A stretch of DNA of 61,172 bases, counting the filler, from Sphacelaria rigidula (lineage: Eukaryota): assembly GCA_964200075.2 (NCBI GenBank). It is 9 parts of 9 records of this genome, joined end to end, with 100 filler letters (N's around TTAATTAATTAA, not from the genome) between each part and the next. Parts side by side here need not be neighbours in the genome. Positions count along the whole stretch, not along the records: positions 6,810 to 13,518 come from CAXNAA020018481.1; positions 13,619 to 20,327 come from CAXNAA020018482.1; positions 20,428 to 27,135 come from CAXNAA020018483.1; 6 more parts are not named here. One strand, written 5' to 3'. Each line of letters opens with the position of its first letter. Position 1 is the stretch's first letter. Below, in pieces: positions 12,015-25,054 of the stretch. The notes under the pieces were generated by a model, which had not been told where the DNA came from, did no database searches, and saw only the letters and a list, made by a program, of their open reading frames with translations. Position numbers and translations under genes: made by a program.

Positions 12015-12257
12015 GTTTGGTCTTTTCGTTTTTCGTTTGAACGGCGGTACGTCAGTTTGATACATAGGTTGTCCACTACGAGCACCAAGTGGGACTGCAT
12101 GAGTTTCAAATGCATGATGCATACACGTTGAGCGCAATAACCCTAGCATGACAATGCACGGGAACGTGGCAGAACCCCCTTGCGATGACGTTCTGATCCG
12201 GCCTCTCCTCCCCGTGTCACCTCGACGGTTCATCTAGATTCACGTAACGGCACACAG

Positions 12258-12391
12258 GACGATGCTGTCCAAATGTCTGTCGCTCGTTTCCGAGAGCTTG
12301 GGCAAGCAGCACCTGAAGCCCGGCTTATCCGTGAAGGAGGTCGCCGCGGCCACCCGGTCGGCGTACCTGGCGGGTCCAGAAGACAGGTTGG
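12258..12391 (+). CDS. Further probable exon of the same gene; reading frame ambiguous
   Basis: cacacag acceptor, GC-rich stop-free segment in two frames, GTGAGT donor. Confidence 0.45.
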
Positions 12392-12647
12392 GTGAGTCTC
12401 GTCGAGAGCTCAGATGTCCGTGCTGGTGAATATTGTGCGGATTGCGACATACGTTTAGGCCAAAGCCGCGAAGGACGACGGCTCACACGGGAGGACGGGA
12501 ATAATCGCTGTTAAACCCGATGATCATGCATTGGCGTGAGCTTACAAAATAGCGGCTGCTCAAATGATATCATGTACCGACTATTGTATTCCGCTGAATA
12601 CGTGGCCGCCCTGTCTTACATGTATACCACGTGAATATTACAGTGAG

Positions 12648-13473
12648 CTTGACGTGGGTCGGCGATGACGCTGTAAAACATACCACTCACTGCGTAAGCT
12701 AGGCAACCAGGTTACCGATTTTTTTTGCGTGCTTGCGTTTTTTTGCGGTAAACGTGATGGTGGTCGAGCTAGATCATATTGTGCGATGTGGGCGAATTTC
12801 AACTCCGCGCAAAGGAGATGGTCGTACTACATGATGTTTGTTTGTGGTGAGACACCCATGAGGTAGTGTATGAGCCATGGCTGTCTCTGGAAGTGGCAAT
12901 ACCAGAAAATAAAGCAACTCGTTGTAGGCTGACATGCAGATGCAAGGTAATCAGTACGCTTCGGGGCGAACCGTCTCAGCAGGATGCAGCTCATCCTCCA
13001 TGCGACTCGCCGAGCACACTACGGCGCTTCGCGCTTGTTGATTGATTGCTAGCCTGGTCCGGCGGAAAACCGGCGTGCTCCGTCCCGGCTTTGAAGGGAT
13101 GCGAAGTAAATGGTCATATGACTACGGCACTCAAGATGTTGAGTACACTCCCTCGGTTAGCTAGTATTGTGCGACACTCATCGGGCAGTTTGTAACCCGT
13201 CGCCATCTCTGGAAGTGGCGATACCAGATAATGAAGCAACCCGTTGAAGGCTGTCATCTATATGCAAGATAATAAGTACACTTCAGGTCGATCTTAGTAG
13301 GATGCAGCTCACCCTTCATGCAACTCACCAAGCACATCACGGTGCTTCGCGCTGTGTGATTGATTGCGAGCCTGGTCCGGCGGAACCCGGCGTGCTCCGT
13401 CCCGGCGTTGTAGTCCTAGAGGAATGCGAGATCAATAGTCATATGATTAGTAAATTTAAGATCATGAGTACGC
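12648..13473 (+). repeat. High-copy interspersed repeat R1: full copy ~12648-13148 plus tandem partial copy ~13202-13473
   Basis: Matches 33862-33943, 40438-40751 and 44454-44962 (ctctggaagtggc..atacca; gcctggtccggcg..ccggcgtgctccg). Confidence 0.9.
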
Positions 13474-13618
13474 AACGACGTAAGCCCAAACCCCAACCCA
13501 AGAGAGGCACCGCGGCAANNNNNNNNNNNNNNNNNNNNNNNNNNNNNNNNNNNNNNNNNNNNTTAATTAATTAANNNNNNNNNNNNNNNNNNNNNNNNNN
13601 NNNNNNNNNNNNNNNNNN

Positions 13619-13746
13619 CTGCTGCAGAGTTTTGGGGGGAAAGATGGTTTCGCTCTGTGTAACTGTGTCGCGTCATTTCTGCAAAAACGATATGCCACTT
13701 GAACCTCATTTTTGAGATCGACCCCATTTTTCAGGATCCGCTGTTA
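13619..13746. repeat. Terminal fragment of the long-arm repeat family also at 29444, 32091 and 40852-40924
   Basis: gccacttgaacctcatttt..accccatttttcaggatccgctgttaa. Confidence 0.65.
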
Positions 13747-16201
13747 AACGCCGTCTGCTTCCACATTCTTCACTCACCGATATCTTCCAAGCTTTACCCG
13801 TTATAGGCTCAAACCTTGCAAAGGACGAGAAACCATGGTTGCACGGGTTTTCACGTTCACTAAAGACTCGAAAGCCTCGACCAACTTGATTGACCTGCTT
13901 ACCGCCTACTGCTTTGTGAAAGAAAAAACGTAACTATGACAACCCAAGCCTCCAGCCATTGTACGCCCGGGGCGAATCCATCTTCGAGGCGTTCACATCT
14001 TTCTTCTACCGCCCCTTCGGATCGATCGAGTCCAAACGCAAGGTCCGTGAGTCTAGCGCTCACTCTCCGTTGGCGGACTTGCAATCATGTTACCCTTGTA
14101 CACTAAACTGAGCAGCACAAGTCTCGGAGCACCACCAGTAGAACTTGCCTCTCCGCGCATGGCACCCTCCTCCCTTGAACAGTGTTTTTTACTCGCTCTG
14201 GCTTCGGGTTCCGTTGTTTTTTCATCCGTTAGCTTTTCCATGGTGGCGTTGAAGTAACTACCAACTCTGCCAGACGTGCCAAATTGTCGAACTCTTCAGT
14301 GATCCGAGCGGGCTCGGGACTATTTCTTACGACCCAGCAACCATGATATAGTCCATGAAATAGACAACAGCGCGCCCCGGAACTAGCACCATGGTAAACG
14401 TGGCTGTCGCACGACCGGGGGTGTACACAAGTCGTTAAAAACCACAATATGTTCATGTCTCGCGATCCCAAACCAGAGCAAGAAATACCAACAGGGACGC
14501 GAAACGGGGATTACAGCAGGTGAGCACGGGCAATGCATCGCCCAAACAGCCCGCCCTTAAACAAGCCAAGATCCCTTACAAACAGGTGTAGCACCAGTGA
14601 CGAGATGACCATGCTTTTCGTGAAGGTCGAAACCAATGCTGAGATACATTTCTAGCAACATGATATCTCTTCTCAGTACTACTGTTCCAAGTTACCGCGG
14701 CATATCCGTTAATCGAACCCTGACCAGAACTGCTATGCTAAGAAGGTTCGTTGCGAGTCAGGCGCCACCTACACTATGCCACCATCGTACGTAGAGGTGG
14801 GCCGATGGCACGGCAAGATATTGCGCAGATCCGACAAAAAACACCGACTTACATCGCGTGTGGCGGGCGGATGTTCATCAGGTCAGGTGATGGAGCAGGC
14901 TAGCAGCAGGACATGGGTTTGAGCAGTCTAGAGCCGCAGTCGACCGCTGACGGACTCGATTCTGCGGTGGATACGCCACATCAAAGGAAAATCCGGCTTA
15001 GCTTGAAACATACGCTGAGACAACATAAATCGCCGTAAATGCAACACCTCTTGGCACATCTTCTTTACTGGCTCTTTGGCTTGGGCATACGATGGTTATT
15101 CGAACCCACGTTTGGACTCTCATGCAACTCGACTTTGCAGACGAGGCTTAGGCGTACCGCAGCTGCTAGCTTGCTCTTGCCTTCCTGTCGTTCCGAGATT
15201 CCTGTATGCGTGGAAGCTGGTGTTTTTTCTTGACCAATACACCGTCACTGACTGTGGCAATGACTGCTCTGATGCTGTTCACGATATTCCACTTGCGCGC
15301 AAAAGACGCTGCGATAGTATGTTTTTCCGACCTAGACATGTGTTCATAATTTTTTTAGTTTGGACACGAGCGAAGTCGTACAGAGATTCATTTTATTAGG
15401 ATATTTACATGGACACATGACGCATATCGCCGAAGCGCATGTACCAATTGCAGTCATACCCTGGGACCAGTAATCACAGGCTTGCGATAGCCAGTGAAAA
15501 AAGCTGCGTATCCTGACACAAAACGAAGCTATCTCTTGCCGCTCTTCCAACTTCTTCGGGAGGCTGTGCAGGATCCGAACGTACCAGTGCCTGCCTCGGT
15601 CAGGCGATCGTTTCGCAAGTCTCTCCACTTCCTCAGAAGAGCGTTAGTTCACGAACGAGCTGAGCCGGAGTGGGTCCAACTATCCTAATCGTGGAAACAC
15701 GTGTTTTCGTAAAAGCAGAAGAACACACACATCGGGTGCCAAGGAATCATGAGCGCTAGCACGCTCTCTTTTCCCCAATAGTAGATGTGAACGGGGCTCA
15801 GGCGTAGTTTCACCCTACATACCCTCGTAATGTGTGTTTACCACGAATGCAATGTGGTCGATTGACGTTCCTCGCCTTCACGGAGGATCAGAGCCATATT
15901 GACCCGAAAATGATGAAACCGCTGAATAGGTTTGTGCCGAGACCGGCGGCGCTAAAAATACGCAAAGTCACTCAGAGCTTCTTCACATATGCACAGATGG
16001 TTATGCCTGAAAGCATTTTCCAATTGAAGGGTTACGTGAATAATACCATAAATAAGGGGTAAATTTACTCAACTGTCGGTCGGGGACTCACCACATAGTC
16101 ACACACATATCCTGCTGTGTTCCAGGTGCCTTCCGCCACGTTGTCGGCGTGTCAAGGTTCAACATTCGTTTGACGGAGTGCAGCCTGATCAGCGACACCT
16201 G

Positions 16202-18292
16202 ATGATGAGACGGAAAAATTGGATCGTCACACTTCTTCTGCTCGGGATATGCTGCACTGGCGCAGCTCCCGCTCCTTGCAACAGCAGCGATGCTTCGCGT
16301 GTCTGGAACGTCGATGATACAGCATCAGCCACCGCACTGGCTGCCGCGCTCAACTGCACCGGTGGGGTGTTCAATGTCAAATGGACAGGAAACGTCGTCG
16401 TGGAACGCGAAATTCATGTAGCCGGTGGGACTTCCCTCAATGTCGCTGGAAGTGATTTGGGGGCCGTAATGGAGGGGGGAGGTAGTAATCGACTTTTCAA
16501 CATCGAAAACGCGTTCTTGAATGTAAGCAACATGACCATCAGCAACGGTAACGCAACCTTTGGCGGGGCGATTGCTTGTGATGGCTCGAGCATGTCGTTC
16601 TACCAGACCTCCTTCATCGACAACGTCGCCGTGCAGGGGAACGGTGGAGCTCTCTATGTTGCAGACAGCTCGACCGTTTCGTGGAGCGGTCTGACAAATT
16701 TCGCCGGCAATAGCGCTTCTGGCGGTGGCGGTGCGGCTTGCATTGGTGACAGCTCCAGCGTCTCATGGCGAGGAATTACGTCGTTCTCCAACAACACTGC
16801 TCACCAGGGAGGTGCACTCTATTTAGAAAATAACTCCACTGTCTCCTGGGAAGCGGAGACATGGTTTGATGGGAACACTGCAGTGTTTACAGGGGGAGCC
16901 TTGAACGTATACAATGAATCGACTGTATCGTGGGCAGCGGCAACGTCGTTCTCCCGCAACAGCGGGCAGTGGGGTGGAGGCGTGCATGTCGAAAACAACT
17001 CCAAGATATCCTGGGAAGCGGAGACTCTGTTCTCCGGCAATCAGGCACCGTCCGATGGCGGTGGGGCTGGGTTGGATGTCTACGACGGTTCGAGCGCATC
17101 GTGGACGGCGACGACGAGGTTCATTGACAACAGTGCTTCAAAGCACGGCGGCGCGATACAAGTCAACGCCGCCTCTGTATCGTGGAAAGCGCTGACTGAT
17201 TTCGCCGGGAATTCCGCGCGTACAAACTCTGGGGGAGCTGTCTACCTTTTCGATGGCGCTAGTGCATTCTGGACAGGAGAAACTTCGTTTTCGAATAACA
17301 GCGCTGTTTTTGGGGGTGCCCTTTTATCTGACGGCTCCCGTGCATCCTGGGAGGCAGAGACGTCGTTTATCGGCAACTCTGCAGATGTTTCTGGAGGCGC
17401 TTTGAATATCTTCAAGAATTCCGAGGTTTCGTGGGTAGGTAAAACATCCTTCTCCAACAATTCCGCTGTCTCTAGGGGAGGAGGGGCGGTTTACGCGTTG
17501 AACCGCTCTGTTGTGTCGTGGGAAGCGGAAACTAAGTTTGCGGGCAACTCTGCTAATACAGCGGGTGGTGCCGTGCTTATTGAATACGGTTCCAGTATAT
17601 CTTGGGGAGCGAGCACCTTCTTCTGCAACAACACTGCCGGTGCATCAGGAGGTGCCGTTTCGTTGTCGTCGTCAAATGAGAACAGTGAAAGTATCATGTC
17701 ATCCATCGTCATCAGCGGCTCCACTGCGTTCGACGAGAACCGCTGCAGGGCTGGTGGAGGGGCGATGGCCCTTATAGGCGTGATATCTACACGCTTCAGT
17801 GCGACAACCATCACATTCACTCAGAATTCTGCGGATTTTGCCGGGGGGGCAGTGTTCGTTGCAGGTGTAGAGACTGGGCCACAGTTTATCGGTGTTACGT
17901 TCACTTCGAACTCTGCCGGTACAGGCGGAGCGGTGTCCGTTACAGGCAGCGGAACGATGCTTACGGACTATGAGTTCGTGGCTCCTACCACGTTCGACCA
18001 TTGCCGTTTCTCCCGTAACGAGGCAAAAATAGCGGGCGGTGCGGTTGAGAGCGCGGCAGGTCAAGACAACTTCACCAATACCCTGTTTCGTGAAAACGCT
18101 GCACAAGCTGGGGGGGCTTTGAGTCTCGCTGGCACGGCATATATTTCCAACTGTACATTCATAGAGAACACTTCGGCCGAGGACGAGGGACCGGCGATCT
18201 TCAACACGGGTTCGATTACATCCGTTAGAGACACTTCCTTCGCCGACAACGTGTTTTTGTGCGAGCCCGGGACGTTTCTCGACTATAACATG
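16202..18292 (+). CDS. Pmp-like (polymorphic membrane protein) repeat beta-helix surface protein, exon 1
   Basis: Signal peptide MMRRKNWIVTLLLLGICCTGA; many ~27-aa repeats with GGA(I/L/V) and FxxN motifs (SxVSWxxxTxFxxNxAxxGGA); GTGAGA donor after ...LDYNM. Confidence 0.9.
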
Positions 18293-18422
18293 GTGAGACT
18301 ATTCGTCCTGTGATCACGACTTCTATTCCAACCTAATTATCATGATGAATGCAATACCAGTGCGTTTTCCGGCCGAATCACGATGAATGGCGCCACGTCG
18401 TACGTCTTTTGTGGCATTGCAG

Positions 18423-18702
18423 TCGGGAAATTTCTTCGAAACCGTCTGCGACGGATGTCGGACGCCATGCACCGAGTGCGAAGTTGGTGCCGGCGAAATC
18501 AAGACTCCGGTGTGTCTACCGGAGCTCGAGAATTCAGCGAGTGCCGGTGGTACCGATACTCTGCAGATGCTGTCGATCGACAAAGGTTACTGGCGAACCA
18601 CAGACAACAGTGCAGACGTGCGACCGTGCTATAACGGCGATGCGTGCGTCGGGGGAAGAACAGGGAGGGCTGGTTATTGCCGAGAAGGGTACAAAGGCCC
18701 AT
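18423..18702 (+). CDS. Same protein, exon 2: Cys-rich linker
   Basis: ttgcag acceptor; SGNFFETVCDGC...KGYWRTT...PCYNGDACVGG...YCREGYKGP; GTGAGA donor in phase 1. Confidence 0.85.
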
Positions 18703-19086
18703 GTGAGAATCGACTGGTTCCGTTGTGTTGTGTGTTGTATGTGTCTTTTTCGTGTGTGACGGCAGTCCAAGTGAACGTGGTGTGTTTCGCACCCCGCATC
18801 ACGTGTATTCCGACCATTGGCCATTGAGCCGGTCGCGTTCGAGATTGCGTGTGCATGCTGTCTGAATCGTCCATCGACGCTTCCTAGCGTATGTCATCTG
18901 TCTTGAGGCAGCATGACTACCTTTGGGAGCAACCTTGTTTCACGTTGACGTGTGCATTGGTCGAGAGGTCGCCACTGCAGAGGTTCCACATGAGGTCGAC
19001 GACAATGTGACCGTGTCCCAAGTTGTCTGTACGACCCTAATGGAGCAGTGTACGTTACCGCGCCCTCGTCGCTCCCTCGTGCGTAG

Positions 19087-19340
19087 ATTGTTCTAGTTGC
19101 GACGCAGGTTTCACTTCGGGACCAGGTTATACTTGCCACAGCTGCTCCGATGCTACCGGTGGCTTGGTACTGGCATCTGTCCTTGCGGTGTTGGCCTTTG
19201 TTGCGCTCGTTGCCTTCCTCCTCTACATGGTGTTACCGGAGTCGGTGGGTAGCCGTCGCAAAAATATGGCTCGAATAGTGCGGCTGATCCCTCTCCAGTC
19301 TCTGAAGATCGTCATCGTCGCGTGGCAAATTTTGACGCAG
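19087..19340 (+). CDS. Same protein, exon 3: CxxC motifs and first transmembrane segments; gene incomplete
   Basis: Phase-1 join gives GPYCSSCDAGFTSGPGYTCHSC, then hydrophobic LVLASVLAVLAFVALVAFLLYMV and LKIVIVAWQILTQ; GTGAGA donor. Confidence 0.85.
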
Positions 19341-19749
19341 GTGAGATGGGGGAGTTCGGTGTTGCCCACATGCACAGGCCTCACCACAGCTAGGCAACGA
19401 TCCCAGATGACGAAACAAAACCATAGCAAAAAATCTTCTTGATGACAAGCGTGAAGGCTGGGGAGTCTTGCCTATTCCGCACTGAGAGTTGCCGTCACTA
19501 CGCTACCGTGCAAAGAACTCAAAACAACCACTCGTCTCGGAGACATTCTCAAATCTGGTAAAACGATTGGCGAGTGCAAGCGTTCCCCAAGTGCAAGCGT
19601 TTTCAAGTGCCTGCCGCTGAGCTACAGATGGAGAAAGGCCGATGCATGCCCCCCGTTGCTTAGAATGGAGTTCAAACAAGATATCTTACGTCTCATCTCT
19701 GGTGACGGCGTTCGCACGCTGATGTGGTGGATGCTCGATGTCATCCTTT

Positions 19750-19813
19750 TTGTCGTTGTCGTAGTCGTTGTCGTTGTCGTTGTCGTTGTCGTAGTCGTAG
19801 TTGTTATCATTGT
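19750..19813. repeat. (GTT/GTC/GTA)n microsatellite
   Basis: Direct reading of the sequence. Confidence 0.9.
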
Positions 19814-20258
19814 TTCTGCCCCGCCCCCTTCACTGACTTGACTTTTACCCTCAAACCGATTTGTTCTGTGCAAAGAACACCATTTTACTGGTCTATTATT
19901 GTTATCAGGCTGATTTTTCGCTAGACAAGCACGCATGTCGGGGCCTAATTTACCGCAAGTAAAGCTCTTCATTTGGAATTTGGTGAATTCCCCTGGAGAG
20001 TCTGCTAATGTTGCAAGAATGGCCCTATCATGCCCACATGACGTTTTAGCCGATACTCCACGTGCTACTCGTTTTATTTACATAGTGAGCATGATTACTT
20101 CTACTTCCTCAATACTTGAGGTCGGGAGCTCTTTCACTGTCATACTGGATGTGAACGTAATCGTCCGTAATACCCTCGCGACTAAATCGGGCAGGCGTTC
20201 GTCGGAAACAAGCTCTCCGATATGCACCAAAATCGTCCCTAAGCTTATACACTTGCCG

Positions 20259-20327
20259 GTCGCCCCGGTGGCTCAGTTGGTAACCTCGTAACCTTCTGAT
20301 GGTTGAGTAGGGGGGTTCGATTTCCGG
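20259..20327 (+). mobile_element. tRNA-derived SINE head, truncated by contig end
   Basis: gtcgccccggtggctcagttggtaacctcgtaaccttctgatggttgag..ggttcgatttcc, homologous to 4967-5032. Confidence 0.75.
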
Positions 20328-20427
20328 NNNNNNNNNNNNNNNNNNNNNNNNNNNNNNNNNNNNNNNNNNNNTTAATTAATTAANNNNNNNNNNNNNNNNN
20401 NNNNNNNNNNNNNNNNNNNNNNNNNNN

Positions 20428-20703
20428 GAAATTTCAGGAAGACCTTCTGCACCCAAGGAACTGAGACTTCAAGAGTCCAGCTGCAGATTCTCCTTTTTTC
20501 CCTGGACTTATGGCCTTATCTAGTTTTTTCTTAAATTTCGAATCCCCATAACTTCCTTATTTTTTATCATGTTCTTTGCTGCTCGTGATCTTCTGCATCT
20601 CGATCATAAAAAGCTGCCGTCAAAATTTCAGCGTCCAACTCCTAGTATCTCAACGTGCGTCGCCTGAGCGAGGTTCGCGCCTACTCTTGGCTGGCCCAGC
20701 TCG
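20428..20703. mobile_element. End fragment of the CGAGCTGGGCCAGC (TA-target) family; close copy at ~28025-28225
   Basis: ~200-bp high similarity between copies; both end gctggcccagctcg|TA. Confidence 0.8.
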
Positions 20704-21478
20704 TATGACGAGTTCAAGTCAAACCGATGCGCGCAACTGCGGACTGTGCGAGATCTTGCTCGAAACTCTCGTCCACGCCTCCGATAAAAAGCTGGTCACG
20801 ACGCATAATGGAAGGCCATGCTTGTGTACCACGGCTGCCTGTCTGCGTGCAGTGTTGACTGAGGGCACTGCACGCTCAGCTGTTGTTATACTGACTGTAT
20901 TCGTGCCTGTAGTATCCAGCACATGATGTACACGTTTTTCGGATTGTACAGACAGTTTCATCGCGCATATCCGTCATACTCTTTATTTTTTCGACGAGAA
21001 CGGGCAGCAACAGAACGTCGACACAGACGTCGCTGGGTGGGTTGGCAGCAAGGGTATATATACTCAAGTGCGTGCCACTGTAGAACCAGTTTTCAGGTCA
21101 GGCAGAGGCAATGCCCATGTTCACCTCCGGAAAGCTAGAGGCTTCCTTTTCGGACACAACTGACGGTCGAATGACCAATTTCACACGTTTTCTTGGGGTC
21201 CTCTTTTCATGGAAAACTCGTCGTACATGAGCAGCAAACAAACGAGAGCATGAATGTATCTATAGTATACACCGGCCTGCGACAGATCTTTGCCAGCCGT
21301 CAGACGATGAAACCGTGCACAGCACACAGGATCGCAAGCGGCGCAAAAGAAGTTAATGAGAAAAAGCATACGCGCATGGCAAGAACGGCGTTGCCTTGGT
21401 CTTTCCCGAAGCGACCCTTCCATGAACGAATACGTATACAGTTATACTGTACTATACTTATTTGTATACAGTACCTAC

Positions 21479-21658
21479 CTGCTTCATCATGTTTTCCAGC
21501 TGCTGGGTGGAAGGGTTGTACCCGAGAGAGCGCAACACGGTCGCCAGCTCATTGATGTCAATCGTACCGTTATTGTCCACGTCGAAATTGTTGAAGACTT
21601 CCTGCATGTCGGCTATATCTTCCTCTGACATCTTGCTAGCTGCACCGGTCGCGGACAT
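21479..21658 (-). CDS. Calmodulin/centrin-like EF-hand protein, first exon
   Basis: MSATGAASKMSEEDIADMQEVFNNFDVDNNGTIDINELATVLRSLGYNPSTQQLENMMKQ; canonical loop DVDNNGTIDINE; GTAGGT donor. Confidence 0.9.
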
Positions 21659-21820
21659 GGTGAGTAAAGTACAATCACAGTACAGTACAGTACGGCCGCA
21701 GACTTGTGGTTTCCAGCTGCTGTTGCGTTGTTCTTGAAGCCCCTCGGGAGAAAAAAACACACCAAAATACAGGACGGAAGAAGAAAAGAAAAAGGGTTGA
21801 TGCCGATGCACTTCGGTTAA

Positions 21821-21909
21821 CCCCTAGACCGCGAGAGTCGTCCATCTGGATCACGCATACTTTTTTCAAGTGAAATTGATGTCGATTAATAAAAATCGCC
21901 GTCAAAGGG
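21821..21909. mobile_element. 89-bp piggyBac-type MITE, same family as 6514-6613
   Basis: TTAA|CCCCTAGACCGCGAG ... GTCAAAGGG|TTAA; shared internal catactttttt..gaaattgatg.cgatt. Confidence 0.8.
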
Positions 21910-22299
21910 TTAAACACGCGAAACCTCATCTTTTTTTGTACACGAACTTCGATCCTTCTGCAGTGCTCACACACCTCGTACAGCTATTTTCTATGCTAAA
22001 TAATAACGATTTCTCAGCTGGCGCCGTCGGGTACTTATTTGGCTGTGGTTGCTACACAACTGGTTGCACGGCAGGTTGTTCATTCAACGATTATCTACAG
22101 GAAACTATTAATTAGCTAGCTCCGTAAAATCTTCGATCGAGAGCCGTCCATCCACACGTCAAGCCAAGCCCTATTGCATAAGCTTCTCATCCTTTACTTT
22201 TTTCATCGGCCATTGTCTACCGGAAACTAGTTGCGTAATCCATTCATCCAGTAGTTATCTACAGGCAACAATAGTTGCATACAGGATACCTGCACATCC

Positions 22300-22431
22300 C
22301 CTCACTTGCCAACAGGCAACATATTGCTCAACGTATCTACTGTACGTCTTCTCACTTGCCAACAGGCACCAAATTGCTCAACATATCTACTGTACATCTT
22401 CTCACGTGCCAACAGGCAACAAATTGCTCAA
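22300..22431. repeat. Tandem repeat, 50-bp unit, ~2.6 copies
   Basis: ctcacttgccaacaggca..a.attgctcaac.tatctactgtac.tctt repeated. Confidence 0.85.
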
Positions 22432-24619
22432 GATGTCAACACAACTGTTGTGTACAGGCAACTGGTAGTTGCGCCGGTGTTTCAAGGCGAAGTACAATGG
22501 CAATTGTTGTCCAAGAAAACTGCTTCGTCGGTACAGCAGTAGTAGACACATGGATAGGCTGCATCTTGTCGGGACGAAAACAGCCACGTTTCAAAATTCG
22601 CGTTCCGCTGTGAGGTTCTGCAGCGATGCGACACTCACCTCAAAAATCAGTCTGGAAGAAGAATTTTGGTCTGGGATACATCAGTCTAGAAATGTCGTTT
22701 TCAGATGCTTTTCGGCAAAATAAGTTGGGTGATTCCTCGTAAGGACATACAGTACAACGACTTGCGACTTGGCGACCAAGGTGGCGCTTCCCAGTATCTG
22801 ACATAGATCTGACTCAACAGGAGATTGTGAAAAAATGCGGTACTAATTTTGTAGGTACGGCTCGGTATGAAATAATTAAACTGAAATCTTGGGTTTGCTA
22901 GGATTCATGATCAGGCTGCATCAAGCAATGGATCAAGCGGTTTATGTGTGCTTACACAGCGTACTTCAAGCCCAACACCAAACCAAGACTTGTGGAGACC
23001 GCGACTGCTGTTTTGTTTTTCGCTGCTTGTGCTTGGGTGTGCTCTGCAAGTGAAGTGACTCTTCTCTCCCGTTCAACCTAGTCTAAAACCAAGTAACTTG
23101 TGGTTGAGCTCGAGAGCACTGAGTATATAGGATTTAGTCTGGAAATGGAACCTGCCAGCCCGGACACGGTCCCAACAGTGCTACCCCGCCCCCCACGATC
23201 GGCCCCAAATGGAAAAAAGTGACTGTGGGTCCAGGAATATTTTTTTCACCCGCCCTTGTGAAATCTTTGATTTTTTCGTTGTTTTTCCATGGTTCTTATC
23301 GGGATTTTCGCTGGATACACATGCGCTACTCAAACCCCATCTGCCGCAGAGAGATCGACAAGGTTACACAGTTTGGTTACTTCTTGTCCGGGCCTGGTCT
23401 GGGCTTCATTTCCCTCCGTCAGCTTGCTGCAGTCCAGCACAAGAGCAGGAGGAGAGCTGAAAAAATAATAATTAAATAATATGTGCAGTCGGCATCGATA
23501 ATATTTTTAATAGGTTCTAAGTCATGAAGTAAACGACGAAGCGTACTGTATATACTGTACCTTCGAAAGGAAGCGGCGTTCTATTAGCACACGGAATCGC
23601 ACACGCAAGAGGGATACCTTATACTGCGTTACAATAGCTGTTTGATGTCCCGTGTGTTGAGTGTTTGGTTGTCTCCACCGTTGTACCTCAACAACTGTCT
23701 GTGGCGATACCGAACTGTTATATCTGTATCGCAAAAGAAGATTCGCCAGCGTTGGCCAGCCAGTTGGCACCATCCTTTTCATGTTTGCACGGCACCGATC
23801 AACGCGCGCCATCCAGACGACAGCATGACAGCCTAAAAAAGGGCCAGCAGCATTGGTGCGTCTAGAGTCCTTTTCTCGGGTCATGTTCCGCCCGAGTAGC
23901 ATGAAACAATATACAACAACGACGATGGAGCCATCTTTAATCATGCCCCGTATCCAAGGCCGTGCAGGATGCAGCAGAAAGCTGAGAGCAAATGGAGACT
24001 GCAACACTGACCCCGGCCACCACAACCATACCGCGGGCACGGCGACACTCGAAGCAAACGTTGGGTTATGTACACTAACCCGTATGCCAATAGACAGAGC
24101 ATCGCTTGTGAGATCGTCGCTTTCTTGGATATCATCCTTCCTCCGCACGGTACTGTACTGCGGCTGCGGGCACCAGGAGACCGGTACAACCATGTGTGAC
24201 GGAGTGCATACTCAAATCAAGTTTGTACTTCGAAATGTACTATGAAACGTGGAGGGACTCATCAAAGTTTCAATTAAATTACTGGGATATAATGTTCGTA
24301 CTATGAAAGAAAAAACTTATCTATGAACCCACCGCCAAAACTGCGAACGTAATTTTTCATGGGAACATTTTCTTTTCGCGATTGTCGTGTTATGAATTGT
24401 GGGAAATAATACCCCTCAAAGGCACCTTAGAGGGAACTGGATGCTCCCCCCTGCAGAAAAAAAAACAACTCCAGTTCCTTCAAACGTGCCTTGAAGGGGT
24501 GTGTCATTCTTCACAAATCCGAGCACCATCTATTGGGGAAAAAGTACCCCTTGAAAGGCATCTTCACGGGGTTTCATTTCCAACAATTCCGAAGACCAAG
24601 AATATATTTTGCTCATGAT

Positions 24620-24797
24620 GAATTTTCGTCCCTGTTTTCCAGAATTCCCTCTGCATTTTTCAGATTTTCGTCCCCATTCTTTAGAATTTCGATTTGATTC
24701 TTCAGAATTTCGTTTTGATTCTTCAGTAAAACTTCAGATTTTTTTCCATGTTTCAGAATTTCGTTTTCATTCTTTACAATTTCGTTCCCGTTTTTCA
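24620..24797. repeat. Degenerate ~21-bp tandem array
   Basis: About eight copies of a tcagaatttcgttttgattct-like unit. Confidence 0.75.
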
Positions 24798-25054
24798 GGA
24801 GGTAGGGGCATTTATGACGGACGAATTTTCTTGACTTTTGTCGAATTCTCCCGAAGTACTGTAATGATTTTTGCTTCCGACGTCTCCGAAAATACATTGT
24901 TGACAAATTTCGGCGCTAGATTTTGGAGAACTCTGTAGTAAGTCTTGAATTGATCCACCACCTCTGGTTGAGAAATCTACTTTCACATTTTTTGCAGGAA
25001 ACTTTTTCTTCTCCGAAAAAAATGGAAAATTCGGAGGAAAAAACAGGCCCGTTA

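Noticed and set aside
15494..15688. Terminal exon of a gene upstream of the Pmp-like gene (also candidate exons at 13899-14300 and 23349-23479)
   Set aside because: Protein-like composition but no recognisable domain or consistent splice chain.
16202..18292. Bacterial (chlamydial) contamination or a recent horizontal transfer
   Set aside because: The gene continues through phase-compatible GT-AG introns, no autotransporter barrel is seen in the available part, and the contig carries host SINE and repeat families.
23522..24245. Overlapping 223-aa (-) and 130-aa (+) ORFs
   Set aside because: No motif or splice support; consistent with chance ORFs in ~50% GC DNA.
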